From Lama glama (taxonomy: Eukaryota), in contig CM052817.1 in assembly GCA_028534125.1 (NCBI GenBank), positions 26,104,001 to 26,168,000 on the forward strand: a stretch of DNA of 64,000 nt, given 5' to 3'. Below, in pieces: positions 38,651-52,473 of this stretch (positions within the stretch are counted from its first letter, which is position 1; each line of letters opens with the position of its first letter). The notes beneath the pieces were generated by a model, which was not told the origin of the DNA, did not search any database, and was given only the letters and a program-made list of their open reading frames with translations. The position numbers and the translations under genes were made by a program.

Positions 38651-39324
38651 AAAACGTCCCTCTTATTCCTTGGAATTTGGAACTGTCTAGAACTTCCAGA
38701 ACACTTGTTAAATAGTACCCTCACTGTCATGAGATGGCTGTTGTGCTTCCAGCTCCGTGTTTCCCAAAGGCAGGGAAAAACAAATGACCCTGCTTTATGT
38801 CCTTTTAAGGAAGCCTCCTTCTCCCACCTAAGACTGCCCACAGATTTCCCCTCATTGCTTACAGGCCAGAATTACAGCACATACTCATATCTAACCTAAG
38901 GAAGGCAACTGTGACTATTAGGCCAATCAAGAGTCACCTTTTGGATCTTAGGAGGGACCCAGACTCCCTTGGACACACGGCCACATGGAGGATGAACACT
39001 TGAACAAAAAGGGACTTGGCCAAGGAGAAGGGTGGTGCAGGTGAGGGAAATCAATTTGGGTAGGCAATTAACAGTGTCTGCTTCATAAATCAGCTCAGAA
39101 TGTAAACATCTGAACTCATTGTCTTCTTCCTATACCTGCACCTCTTCCTCTCCTCCCTATTTCTGTAAATGATACTAAAGGAAATCTGTAAATTTTCTTT
39201 GCTTCCTTCCTCTTGCCTTTATTTCCAAATAGTTGGCTGGAAATATATTACCTACACATCATAAGATTTTCTCCATTCACATCATTACCACTTCTTTCAG
39301 GTACTCATCACCTTTCTCTTAGAG

Positions 39325-39504
39325 CAGTGGTTCTCAAATATTTCCCTGCATCAGAGTCACCAGGAGGATTTATTAAAACATGGATTGCTGGACCACAAGC
39401 TAGAGTTTCTGATTCAGTAGCTCTGAGGTGGGAACCAAGAATATGCATTTCTAACAAGTTTCCAGCTGATACTGATGCTGTTGGACAGCATTTGGGAACC
39501 ACTG
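39325..39504. mobile_element. MER5A-like hAT-Charlie MITE within an L2 relic
   Basis: Terminal inverted repeats CAGTGGTTCTCAAA...TTTGGGAACCACTG; GTTTCTGATTCAGTAG core. Confidence 0.9.
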
Positions 39505-39789
39505 TTCTAGAATATTTTAACAGCTACCTAAGAAGGCTTCCTTCCTCCAGTCCCTCTCCGTTCCAATCCAGCCTACTGAGAGCTGCCAGTATTAATCTTC
39601 CTAATACACAATTTCAGTATATCATTGCCTTAATCAAAATCTTTCAATAATTACCCATTGCCTCAGATACTAAAAATTCACACTCTTTTGCACTGTTTCA
39701 GATAGGATTCTATAAACCTAAGAGAAATGGGTCATCTGGCTCAGCCTATAGTTCTTTCTGGATTACAGACTGATATTTTTTCTTTCTTT

Positions 39790-40385
39790 TTTTAATAACT
39801 TCTTTATTGAGATGTAATACACACAAGATAAAATTCACCTTTTTTTCTAGAGTGATGGAGTTGATGAGGCTATTTTCATTTTTAAATAACACCTTAATTG
39901 GGATACAATTTACATATCATACAATTCACTCATTTAATGTACAAAACTCTATGGTTTTTAGTGCATTCACAGAGTTGTGTAATCACCATCATAATCAAAC
40001 ATTCTCATCACCTTGAAGAGAAATGCCATGACCATTAGCTATCACTTTCCATTCCTCCTTCTCTTCCTTCCCTCCCCTCCAGACCTAGGCAACTAGTAAT
40101 TTACTTTCTGTTTGTATGGATTTCCCTATTTTTGACATTTCATAAAAATGGAATAACACAATATGTGGTCCTTTGTGACTGGCTTCTTTCATTTGGCATG
40201 TTTTTAAGGCTCATTCAGATATGGCACATGTCAGTACTTCATTTGTTTTATTTGCTGAATGACATTCCATTGTATAGAAATACCACATATTGTTTATACA
40301 TTCATCAGCTGATGGACATTTGCACTGCTTCCATTTTTTTTGGCAATTATGATTAATGTTGCTATGAACATTTGTGTACATACTG
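39790..40385 (-). mobile_element. Old L1 3' fragments, antisense
   Basis: TTTATTGAGATGTAAT; TTCACAGAGTTGTGTAATCACCA; AATATGTGGTCCTTTGTGACTGGCTTCTTTCA. Confidence 0.85.
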
Positions 40386-40719
40386 ATCGGTATCTTAGTA
40401 TTTAAAATCCATTCCTAAAATGACAAACTCTGAACTCCCAGGGCATGTAATTCTGTGCCACTTATTTTAAAATTAGCATGTGCTAACCTGTATTTGTATT
40501 TATACTTGTCTTTTAATGAGATATTCTATTTCTCCCAATAAATTGGTAGTTTCATGACCAGAGTCCATATCTTATTCCTTTATCTATCCCTTGCATCTAA
40601 CTTGATCTTTTACCTCATAGTTACTTGAACAGCTATAAATGTTGATAATTATAGTGGCATTTCTTCAAATATAAAGCTTTGTCTGGAAAGAAAGATAAGA
40701 ATAACCTTCTGTAATTAAG

Positions 40720-42065
40720 AGCGTGAGATGATCCTTTACCTATGTTGTCAAATGATGTTTGACAAGGGTGCCAAGACCCTTCAATGGGGAAAGGACAATC
40801 TCTCCAACAAATGATGCTGGGAAAACTATATATCCACATGCAAAAGAATGTAATGGGACCCTTTTCTTACACCATATGCAAAAAGTAATTCAAAATGGAT
40901 CAAAGACCTAAACATAACAGCTAAGACAAAAAGTCTTGGAAGAAAACATAGGGGAAAATCTTATGACATTGGATATGGCAGTGATTATTTGGAAATGACA
41001 CCAAAAGCACAGATAAAAAAAAAATTAATTGGACTTCATCAAAATTTAAAACTTTTTTCATCAAAGGACACCATAAAGCTAGTGAAAAGTTAACCCACAA
41101 AAATAGGAGAAAATATTTGCAAATCATATATTTGAATAAGAGATTAATATCCAGAATACATATTTTTAAAGAAACCTCCCACAACTCAACAAAAACAAAA
41201 TGAACGACCTGATTCAAAAACAAGCAAAGGACATAAGTACTTCTTCAAAGAAGATATACAAATGACAATAAGCTCATGAAAAGATGCTTAACATCACTAA
41301 TCATTAAGGAAATGCACATTGAAACCACAGTGAGATACCACCTCACACCCATTAGGATAGCTATTATCAAAAAACCAGAAAGTAGCAACTGTTGGCAAGG
41401 ATGTAGAGAATGCATGCTTTTGCATGCTGGTGGGAATGTAAAATGGTGCAGCCACTGTAGATAAAGGTGGTTCCTCAAGAAATTAAACAGAACATAATTA
41501 CTAAATGATCCAGCAATTTCACTTCTGAATATATATTCAAAAGAACTGAAGCAGGGTCTCAAAGACAGAATTTGCACACCTGTGTTCACAGCAGCATTAT
41601 TCACAGTAGCTAAAAGATGGTGACAATCCAAGTGTCCTTCAATGGATGATGAATAAATAAGCAAAATGTTGCATATACATACATTGGAATATTAGATTGT
41701 TTTAGTCTTTAAAAGGAAGGTCTGCTACAACATGGATGAGCTTTGAAAACATTGTAAATGAAATAAGCCAGACACAAAAGGACAAATATTGTATGATTCT
41801 ACTTACATGAGATACTTAGAATAGTCAAATTCATAGAAACAGAAAATAGAATAATGGTCACCAGAAGCTGAAAGAAAGAAGAATGGGGAGTTATTGTTTA
41901 ATGGATGTAGAGTTTCTATTTTGGATGATGAAAAAGTTCCAGAAATGGATAGTGGTGTGATGTTTACACAACAGGTGAAAGTATTTAATGCCACTGAACA
42001 GTATACTTAAAAATGGGTAGTAGTAAATTCTATGTTTGTATATTTTACCACAATTTCAAAAAATA
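40720..42065 (+). mobile_element. Old L1 (L1MB-type) ORF2 3' end plus 3'UTR
   Basis: [50 protein letters not shown] 3' end. Confidence 0.9.
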
Positions 42066-43014
42066 AAGGAGCCTGGGATGAGGTGTTGCAAGGAAGCCTA
42101 GTGAGAGCCTATACAGAAAGCCTTGGTACTTAGTTTTAAATGACAGAAATGTAAGAATCTAATCATCTAGTGGGAAGAATAAGGCTTTGTCGTTTTTAAA
42201 AAACAATTCTATTTAGCAGTAAGTGTGTTTAGTCTGCATGCTGGTCTAGACATATTAATTGGGGTAGTATTTAAGTGCTTTCCTACACTTCTCATCTGGG
42301 AAGTATGAGAACGTATCTTCCTTAATCAAATGTACAAAACTGCAGAACATTAAGTTACCAGATGCTATTTTAAATTATTTTTTTCTTTAAAACTAACCTC
42401 CCTCCTAATGTTAACTTAATACAGTTTTATGCTAATAGGTTAATAGGTTAGAGATGTGTAAGAATTCATACATCAAAACTATTTTTAAAAGGATAAAATG
42501 CAGTTGCATCAAATTCTGAGCACAGTGCTTTTGTTGAGATGTTTATATGATAAATAGGTCTCCTGCTACTTTGAATTACGATTTTCATTATGCCCCTGTA
42601 GAGTCTCCTGAGAGTGTCAAAGTCATGGTGCTTCCTAACTTCAGAGGATACAGGGGGATTCTTTTGCATATGCTTTCCTAAGCCCCTGGGGAGGAGAGGG
42701 ATAAAGCTGGATTGTTCACCCTGGAAAGGAGTCATTCCCTAGGAAGGTACAGTTGAATGTTCAGCTATAGAGAGATGAAAGTGCATGTGAATCTCCAGGG
42801 AGTACCAAAAAAAGTGAAGGATATTTATCTGTTATTCACAGGGCAGTATCAGTTGGCCCTTCAGAGTTTGGTCTTCACCTTAGTAGGAAAAGTTGTAATT
42901 TTGAGCTCCTCTGAGTAATCCTGATGTCGAGGCTGTAGAGCAGTAGAGACCAATTGGGAATTTATCTCAATAATAGCAACATCCAGGAGAGTAAGAAATT
43001 ATGGTTGTACCTTG

Positions 43015-43430
43015 GTGTATCAGACAGAGTCTTGGCAGGAAGCAGGGGGTTAACAAGAAGAGTTTGTTGAAGAGACTGTTTACCAAAGTTAAAGGATGCT
43101 GGCAAAGGCTAACAATAGCAGGTTGCTCTTGGCAGCTCCACGCTTGAAAGGACGAGGGGAACATGATCACTGGAATCTTGAAAGAGCTACAGCAGGAGCA
43201 AAGCTACAGCTGAAGGAGAGAGCTATTGGACAGGACTGTTCTGGTAGGAAAAGGTAGCACTGTTAACCGCACTGCCAGAGCCTCCCCTTGGCCACGTACA
43301 ACTGAAATCCAGAAGGTAAGAAAGCCCTGTAGATGTAGAGACCACATGGTAGCCCCTACTTTCAACATCCAGGGGCACAGGGTAGAGAGTGCTGGAGAGT
43401 GGATTTGGGTGAGCAAACAAAGACTATCTG
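43015..43430. mobile_element. Old ERVL-group LTR-like relic (family uncertain)
   Basis: TGTATCAG...AGAGTTTGTTGAAGAGACTGTTTACCAAAG...CAGGGTAGAGAGTG resembles LTR33-like text. Confidence 0.4.
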
Positions 43431-44694
43431 GCCAATTTAATGAGGCTTATATGATTGTTGAAACTCCGTATTCTAAATGAATAACAAATAACTGACATCA
43501 TTGAGGGGCTGAGTAGGTAGAAGCTAGTTGTGGATTTTAGTTAGCAGGGAGTCCCATGTTGACCAGTTCACGGCCTTTGAGACAACCAAAGGAAGAGGAT
43601 TTTGAAGAGCGGTTTGGGGAGGATTGGGATCTTTGCACTGGGGCCCCAGTGATTCTAGGCTCCAAAAGAGAGGACTCTGGTTTAGAGGACAGAAAGGAAT
43701 TCATGAACTCAGCAAAAACAACTGGATTGATCAGCAGAGGGCAGTCTACTGGAAAAGTGGCTGCTGTCTTGAAAGTGAAGTGTGAAGGCCCAATAGCCAT
43801 GTCCCAGCCGTAGCTGCACTTGCATACTCCTTGGACAGAGCAGAATTGTGAGGCTTTTTCCTAAAAAAAACCTTCCACCTAAAGAACATCTGTACCTGAC
43901 AGGAACAATAAGTAATTTAAGGTGAGGAAGTATAGACTGTGCTATTGAAGCAAGCTTTCCACTCCATGCTGCAGATATTCGGAAAGCCACAACTGTGGGG
44001 GTTCTGATCTATTCTCTAAATTTGGAATAATACAGTGTGCATTACAATCAATACTGTGGTACCCACTGGCCTGGAGCTAAGTTTAGAAGTTTGACTGTGG
44101 ATCTAAGTGCTGCTTTCTACTCTTGCTGCTAGAGCTCCTCACCCCAGCTGGGGTGGGTAGGGGAGAGGAGTTAACAAGATGGGAAGGGCAGAACTCAGTT
44201 AAAGAGAGGGGAAAAAAGCAAAATGACCTTAGCCTTATGACTGGGTGTTTTGAAAGGAGAGTTAAATGAGAGGCTTGGATAGAACAGGCAGTGGTGAGAG
44301 ACAGAGGAAAAAAAAGTCTCAAAAAGCTGGCAAAACACAAGGTCAGGAAAGGGCTGTAGGAAAAAAAAATTGTGCTGCATTTAGAAGAACAGGAAATTTG
44401 AATCTGCAGAGCAGTAATAGTAACTAGCAGGAGCAACAAAAAGGAAGACTTGCACATTTCAAATGCTGGCGATTATTATCAGGGGTCAGCAAAGCACAAT
44501 TATGCCTCGTCACGTTTCTTTTTACATGAATCAACACATCAAAACACATTGTTCTTGTTAGGGACAACAGAAGAGTTACCAGATGAACTTTCCTCTGTCC
44601 ATCTAAAACCAACTTTATAACCTTCACATAAATAATGTTTACTTAAATTATATATTCTGAAAGTGGGAAACTTTTTAGATCTAAACCTCATGCC

Positions 44695-46028
44695 TAAGTA
44701 GTACAATATACTCCAACGTATTCAGGACTCCTTTACACTCTTCAAAAATACTTAGGATTCCAAAAAACATTTGTTTATATGGGTTAAACAACACTGTATT
44801 AGAAATAAAACAGAAATTATTAAAACATTTATTAATAAATAACTATAACAAATCCACTACATGCTTACATAAATAGTATAACTTTAGTGAAAAATAACTA
44901 CATTTTCCAAAACAAAATCTCTTTAATGCCTGGCTTAATAGAACACAGCTGGATTTTCATATACGCCTTTGCATTCAATATGTTGCATGTGTTGTTTTGA
45001 TTGAAGTACATGAAGAAAATCCAGACTCATCCAGATACAGTTGGAAAGGCAAGGAATAGTTCAATAACTTTTTCAGATGACTGTGGATATTCTTCTTTAA
45101 TACTACAGTAAATCTAGACAAATGGTAGTTTTTCAAAGGTTGGCTGCAATATGGAATCTGAAATGTTATGAATGAACTTTTTGTACTTGGTGACATTGAA
45201 ATCCACTGGTCTGTCTTGAACATGGAATGGACGTTACACCGACGCATGATTCTGTAACATCATGCATTGGTCATTTGGAAACTATTGGCTCACTAATTTA
45301 TGCAGATCTTCCAAACGTTGACATACTTCATTGTACAATTTCTCACAATCATAATAATACCACCATAATATCATCACCAATTTAATCAGAAAGGTCTTTA
45401 AGCATATTGAAAAGCCGTCAAGTCACAGTGAGAGAGATGTTTTCTAAAACTCTAATTCATTCAGTTGAAAGCTTGAATTTTATCGTTTTCAACAAATTCT
45501 AACAGTTGTTTTCCTTGAAGTGATAGGCTTAACCTTGTTCATTTTTGATAAAATGTGTGCCAAATACTCAACTCTTAATAGTTTGTCTTAATCATTATTT
45601 CAAGTAAAAATGGTGTTCTATGGAAAAAGTGGCTAAGTTCAGTTTGTAACTCAACCATTTGCACAAGAGCTTTACCATGAACTTGGGATGCAGCAGAAGT
45701 GCTTAGCCTTTCCATGCATTATACAGAATATTAAGATATGTACTAGAAAGTTGAGGTTTAATAAAAGTAATCATTTCTACTGCTTCATCAAAATCATTCT
45801 GAAGTGAAACTGGCATTTTTAAAAGTGTGTGGCATTAATAAACTTATTACCAGTGAAGTAAAACTTTTTGCCCGCTATTGCTTTTACGTCAACAGTGCAT
45901 AAGTTAACAAAGTAAAAAGGCAAATAATGTCTTAGGTTTATTATGATAAGTTTGGGAATTGCGGACTGATCCCTGAAAAACATCTCAGGGACCCCCAGGT
46001 GTTTGTAGACTATACTTTGAGATGAGTA
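44695..46028. mobile_element. hAT-Charlie DNA transposon (Charlie1a-like)
   Basis: TCAGGACTCCTTTACACTCTT...TTCTGTAACATCATGCATTGGTCATTTGGAAA...CTCAGGGACCCCCAGG...TACTTTGAGA. Confidence 0.8.
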
Positions 46029-47834
46029 TTCCTTATCCTTGCTGGAATATAAATCTGACAATTCCAGGGTTGGTTTTTTTTTGGGGGGGTTCTCCTTCAC
46101 TGATATGCCTCTAGGGCTTAGATCATGCCTAGCACATAGTAGGCACTCAATAAATATCTGCTTAATTATTTAATGAAATAATCAGAACTAGATCGTAATA
46201 GTAAAGATCTTATAATCTGCATTACTGGAAACCCATTTTTAAAAATTTAGTTTTGAACAGGTAAAATATACAATAGGATACATGCTGAAAAGTCTCCCAC
46301 TTTGCTTTCCCCAAGGCCCTTAAGTTGCTTTCTCAGAGATAACCACTTCTGTCAGTTTCTTAGGTATTTTTCCAGTGATATTTTATGAATTCAGCATATA
46401 CACCAGCATATTCCCTTCTTCCCTCACACATGGCGGTATACTATACGCAATGTGGACTGAATAGTGATATTTTTTTAAGTAAACTTTTTATTTTGGAATA
46501 ATTTTAGGTTTACAGAAAAATTTCAGAGATTCTTATATACTCGTTACTCTTTTCTAGTAATGTCAGCATCTTACATAACCATAGCACCATGTCAAAACTA
46601 AGAAATTAACCTTGCTACAATACCATTAACTGAATTACAGCATTTACTCCGATTTCACTAATTATGTCCTCTTGGTTCTAGGGTTCAATCCAGGATACCA
46701 CATTGCTTTTAGCATAGTGCTCTTTTCCCCTTAAAATGTATTTTCAGGATTTTCTCATATGAGTTATGAGTTAATATACAGTTGCCTCATTCTCTGGAAA
46801 GAATGTAAAAATGGACTGAAAGTGGAATTTCAAGGCTAATTATTATGCGCAGTTAAAAAACCAAACCTCTCTCCAACAAAGAAATCAGCATACCCTCCTA
46901 ACTAGTTTCCCTCTGATTTGGGTGTTGAACATTTCTTTGAAATTCCAAGATTAATATTGGGGACTGAAATGAAGGTGATAAATATAAAGTACTCAAAAAA
47001 TTTTGCACACTTCAAAATAATTATTTTTAATTTATTGGCACCAAAACACATAGCATTGCATGGTTTATAAATTATATCAATAATTCGTGGGCCATGACCC
47101 ACATGTATAGTTGGTTCCTCTTAGGACCAGTAGGGGGCTCTGCTGGAAGTGTTTTATAGTTTGTTAGTCCATTTTGGGAAACGTTTCAAGATGATGCTTC
47201 AGAATTCTAAACTCTTAAATCTTGAAAGAGATCATCTCATCTAGCTTTCTTATTTTGCAGAAGAGGAAACCAAGGTTGGCGAAGAGAGCTGGTATAGAGG
47301 AAAGCTGGAATTAAAATCCCCCTCTTGGTTCTGGGACATGAGTTCAATAAACTCTTTTTTGCCATGTGCCTCCACTGAATGACTCACTCCCAGTGTCTTA
47401 TTTTCTTTTTTGCTACCACAATTTTAGTAGTTTTCACGAAGGTGATGTATTTATGATATTTTTCTGATAGGATACTCTACTAATTGGTTAAGTGAAAGAA
47501 GTGCATGAAATATAAACTTCTAAACAAATATTATTACCTATTACAAAATGTTTTCTATTCAAAGCACCTCTCAGCATCAAAAGCATATTACTTACTGTAA
47601 ACCTAGCAGCCAGTTTCAAATTGCCTTTCAAATTTACTTTCCACTTACAACATTTTACTCTTATCTTTACTCATTTATTCATTCAGTATTTATTGAGTGC
47701 CTAGTGGAACCACTGTTGTAGGCCCTAAGCTTACAGAAGTAAAGCTGCCCTTCCTCCCCAAGAAGCATTTATTTCTCCATTTTTCACTTTAATATTTAAT
47801 ATTTAATAAATAAACTATTTCACATGCCTTAGTT

Positions 47835-48008
47835 CAGTGGTTCTCATAGTGTGGTCCCCGAACTAGTAGCAGGAGCATCAGCATCTGGGAACTTCTTAAA
47901 ATTGCAAATTATTAGGCCCACCAGACACTCTAGGGATGGTGTCAGAAATCTTTTTTTTTTTTAATAAGCTCTCCAGCAATTCTGATGTACCCTTAAGTTT
48001 AAAAACTG
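47835..48008. mobile_element. MER5A-type hAT MITE
   Basis: CAGTGGTTCTCATAGTGTGGTCCC...AGCATCAGCATCTGGGAACTT...AAGTTTAAAAACTG, flanked by GCCTTAGTT / GCCTTATTT. Confidence 0.85.
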
Positions 48009-48564
48009 GCCTTATTTCCAGCACTTGGTATTATCTAAAAAGGTCAAAGATCAACATCTGGCTTCTACACCCATCTCAGGCACCTCCATGGAGTACCTGA
48101 TAAGATCCAACAATGACCATAATTAATTTAAGGATTTGTAGTACCTGGAATGATCGTAGTAACAGTAGGACTATAATAGTTTCAGAACAAAAACGAACCG
48201 CAGTGTATTTTCCGGCCTACATCAGTAGAAAATGGGCCGGACTGAGTTCCAGGACAGTGTTTTCAGACACTAGACACAGCGGGGCACACTAAGCTGGTGT
48301 GTTCTGGGTCTCGCTGAGTCAGGGCGGCGCTCCAAGCCTAATAGAGCCGCGTGATCCCGGCAGGTTAGACTCGAACCTTCGGTTAGAGGCTAAGGTCTGA
48401 GAGCCTCGACCATAACACATGGGTTCGAAGACGGGCGGAGACACCCAAGGGGACCCGGGAGGCCCTGCCAGCGCCGGCCAGCGGCAGCCAGCGCGGAAGC
48501 CGCACCCTCCTGGCCCCAGACGCCGGCAGGGCGGAGCCACGCGGCCGCAGCTCCGGCAGAGACG

Positions 48565-48594
48565 CGCGGCGCGGCGCGGCGCGGCGCGGCGCGG
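48565..48594. repeat. (CGCGG)6 pentanucleotide repeat
   Basis: Six perfect CGCGG units. Confidence 0.95.
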
Positions 48595-48871
48595 GTTCGC
48601 GGCTGAGGCGTATGGGGCTACAACGGGAGCGGCTGCGCCGCCCGGCCGGGTCAGCGTCGTGCGCATGCGCGGACCCGGCGCCATTTTGGTGGCCGGGCGC
48701 GGAGGTGATTCCACAGTGAAGAGAGCGCAGCGGCCGGGCTGGCAGTGGCAGCGTTCGTGTGCTCGGGTGTGAATCGCCGAGGGAGGAGGTGGTGGAGGAA
48801 GAGGTGGCGGCGGCGGCGGTGGTCGTAGCGGTGGCGGAGGAGGCGGGTACGAATCAGCTGCGGGCGGAGAC

Positions 48872-48934
48872 ATGGCCAACATCGCGGTGCAGCGAATCAA
48901 GCGGGAGTTCAAGGAGGTGCTGAAGAGCGAGGAG
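48872..48934 (+). CDS. UBE2K: Ubiquitin-conjugating enzyme E2 K (E2-25K/HIP2), coding part of exon 1 (21 codons, phase 0)
   Basis: Translates MANIAVQRIKREFKEVLKSEE, the known UBE2K N-terminus; strong Kozak context GACATGG; donor GAG|GTCAGA at 48935. Exon 2 (TSKNQIKVDL...) not seen in the window. Confidence 0.97.
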
Positions 48935-51900
48935 GTCAGAAATGAACTCCCGGACGTCCCCCACCTCAGCCCAAGGCGGGAGGGCCCTTCCAGTGGCGAC
49001 CCCAATATCCCTGGTAACCCCCAGGTGGCCCTCTTTGCGGCCGCCCTTCTGCCTGTGGGGAAGCAGCAGTCTCCCCCTCCTTCCGCCGCCTTCCCCTCCC
49101 CTCCCGGGGCCCTGGGATGGACGGTCTCGCGGGCGGGTGGTCTGGAGAGGAACACGGTTTGGGGGCAGATGGAGAAGGGGGCACTTACCGGCGGGGTGTG
49201 AGCTCTAGAGAGAGCCCCGAGGCAGTGGCAACAGCTGGAAGTGTAGCTGTAGGGTGGGGAGGGAGCAGGCCGAGCCTAAGAAAACCCGGGAAGTGGGTTG
49301 GGGGAAGGGGAAAGGTGGTAACTGGATCCGGAGAGCCGCGCTGCTGAAAGGCCCTCACTTTTAAGGGTATTCTGGGTTATTGCCTGTGTGGCCGCCACTG
49401 TCCTTTCCTTAGGAATGGAGCGATGAGAGTCCTTAGATATTGATGAAAGAAGGACGTTCAGAGTTACTCCCTCTTAGTTGTGTGTTGAGAGAGAAGAGAA
49501 GACATAATGGGGTACTATCTTATTTGAGTGGGGATAAGGGAATTTTCACCTGGGAAGGAAATTAATACCATAGTAAACCATTATCTCATTTCCACTTACC
49601 CCCAAATCCTAGGCCCCTTTTCTATTGACAACTAAAGCTTTTGACTGGGTTAAAGGCAAGTTGTTTGGTGTATTAAGGACATTTAAATATTTTTAGCTAG
49701 GATTAGGAAAAAGCATGGAATTTATAAGTAGCTTATTTCAAAATGTTGTTTACAGGTTACAGATCACAGAGTCTGTCCTAAGACAATGCCTCTGTGACAC
49801 TGTTGTGTTGTGCCATGAAACTTCATTATGATGTCCCTCATAGTTAACCTGATTCTTACTTTTGAAAAACTGACCTATTAAAAAACATGGGATTTCAAAT
49901 AATACATTGTTATATCTTCTTATTGAGTAGATTTATTTCAACATATCATATCTGAAATGATTAAAAAATTTTTTGTCTCAAGCTGCTCTTGAGTCCTATA
50001 GAAATTTTAAATTACTCTAGTGTTGGCCGTAGTTATTAAGATATTTTAAATGTTTTTGTAATTTGACTCAAAATTATGAAAGTACCTACAATTTTTCTTA
50101 CCCCAATCAACAAGAATGCCAGGTTGTTTTTCCTCCTTGGATTTAACAAAGGAAAGATTAAAAAGTAATACTGAAATAGTGATTTTTCAAGATGTCATAT
50201 GCCATTATTGAATGTATCATTGCTGTTTGTATTTTTGTCTTACATTGGTACTCTGATGATCTCAATGATTTGTGAAATTCAGCATTCTAAGTTTGTGATG
50301 AGTTATTGACATAAGTCTGATAGCACTTGAACTTTAATTTGTGCGGCTAAGTCTAAAGTGATTATGTATGTATCTAATTAGACATGGAGGAAATTCTTCA
50401 AAATTATTTTAACATGCCAAATACTAGCAGATTTTTTGTATGTAATAGTATGTAAGGATCGGTTTTACAGAGCATGTGTATGAACTCTGACCTCTGTATT
50501 TGTTCAAGTGCCAAAACTCTGAATGGAGGGATGACTTAGTATTTTTATGATATAGTGCAGAGAGTCATAAATGCTGGTACTGGTTTACAGTGAAATAGTG
50601 ATTCTGAATCTTTATTTAGTAAGAAAATACGTTCCAGTATAATTGATATACATATTCCTGATGAAAGATTGAAGCTAATATTGTTGCCAGTAGCCTAATG
50701 TGCAAGCCTAAAACTTAATAAGACTTCAATGCTCTATTTTCTATTACTTAAAAGTGGTAAGTTACTGCTTTCATAGTTCATGTGGTCTTTTTGCATTATG
50801 TGAGGTGACTTTTCACCATGATATTGTTAGTACTTAAAGTGAAGCTGAAAAGAAATCTTGTATTGCTTTAGTAATGCATATTGTTAAAATAATACAGCTT
50901 TTTATTTGTAAGGAATAATGAAGCCTTACTTCAAGTAAGTGTCATAGTGTTTCAGAGGAGAGAAACAGGAAATACAAATTTTTTTTTTTTAAGAGCAGTA
51001 CCTTTATAAATCTGGAAGGAAACTTCTTCCAGAAAGTCAGTTGCAAAGAACATTTAGGAATGGGTCAGATAATTTAATATTGGCATATAACCAGTAAATT
51101 GCTTTATTTTCACCAGTTTTATTTTGATATTTTAGTAGGCCTAGTTCTGTAAGTGGATTATGTTATTTTCAACTCATTGAAGGACTTGTGGTACAGTCCA
51201 TGTGTTTTCTTTTTAAGTATGTAAATACAGTATTTGAGTGGCTGGTCAAGTAATCAAATATTTCGTCATGTCACTTGTGTAAATCTCCATTTTACCGAAA
51301 TTTATTTCATATGCTTGTGTTTAGTAAGAATACAGTCTTTTTTTAAGGATATTTTTTTCTCCTTTTAAGTGCCTTTGTAAAGAGTTGACATTTGCAGAAT
51401 TCTGGCCTTAAGAAGTTTTAAGAGGCTGTTTTTGGAGTGTGTTGTTAATTAAGATACAGCCTTCAAGATAAATGTGAAAATTGTGGTGCAAAATAGTGGG
51501 AGGAGGCCACCGGTTGTGTCAAAAGTGGGGAAATACGTGTATATTTGTCTGTATAGGTGAAAGGATTAATGAGAAATTGGTAACATTGATTGCTCCTGTG
51601 CTGGAGGAATTGTGTGTCTAGGTCAACAGGCATCAAAAGATCCCTTATTGAATTTTGAGTCATGAGTATATGTTATTTACTCAAAATAAATAAACCTTGT
51701 AGGTCTTTTTTCCCTGAAACTGTGTTTGGAAATCTGTCCTTTATCTGTCAGATATTAATTTATTTAAATCTGTGAATTTTAAGTAATGTTTCATAGTTGC
51801 TAGGAATGGAAAATTGATATAAGGTACATTTTATTTATAGTTATCTTATGAGTTGAATTACGTATGTGAATTTTTGCTTATAAGGATAGAATAAAACTAA

Positions 51901-52473
51901 TATGTATTCATAGATTGTATTAATACTTACTATTAATTATTGGGATTAATAACTAACCACCATTTGTAGAGTAGCTCTCAGTACCATTTGTTTATATACA
52001 TTTATTGCTAATTCTCAAGAACAGATCTTTGAATTAGATTTATTTCTTAGACGAGAAAATTGAGACTCAGAGAAGTTTAATTATTTGTCTGCAAACATAC
52101 AGCTTTGGGATTTAGATCTAAGTCTGATTGTGTTTTAATTGTACCATCCTGTCTTGACTTGCCAACGACAGGCATACTTTTAATCATTTAAAAATAATTG
52201 AACCTGGTTTGTATTACTGACTAAAGGATTTAGACACAATGTAATTTATTTATTAATTTAAACAATGAAATAGTGTTACCTGTAATTAACTTAAAGGTTT
52301 GCTTGCATTTCAATATGCAAAGTATTTTAAAATTTGAAGCTCAGTGAAGTAAAATGCCCTTAAATCAATGCACATACTCTTGCTTGTTCTTTTGCTATGT
52401 AGTACCTATAGTTTTTTTCATATTATAGTTGCAATTTGCTAACATTTTCTGGGAGTTTCATAGGGAATATTTA

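Larger units (their letters stand above)
48310..49345. promoter_or_regulatory. UBE2K: UBE2K CpG-island promoter with NRF1 and YY1 sites
   Basis: CpG-dense; NRF1 consensus TGCGCATGCGCG at 48660-48671; YY1 motif GGCGCCATTTTG at 48677-48688; no TATA box. Confidence 0.9.

Noticed and set aside
39213..39650. 145-aa ORF
   Set aside because: Runs through L2 and MER5A repeat sequence from a non-ATG start.
43556..43813. 85-aa hydrophilic ORF in apparently unique sequence as a possible pseudogene or microprotein
   Set aside because: No recognisable homology, poly-A tail, TSD or promoter; length is compatible with chance.
48319..49155. 278-aa minus-strand ORF and 117-aa upstream plus-strand ORF at the UBE2K island
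   Set aside because: Same CpG-island artefact; the poly-Pro run is the antisense reading of the GGN UTR tract.
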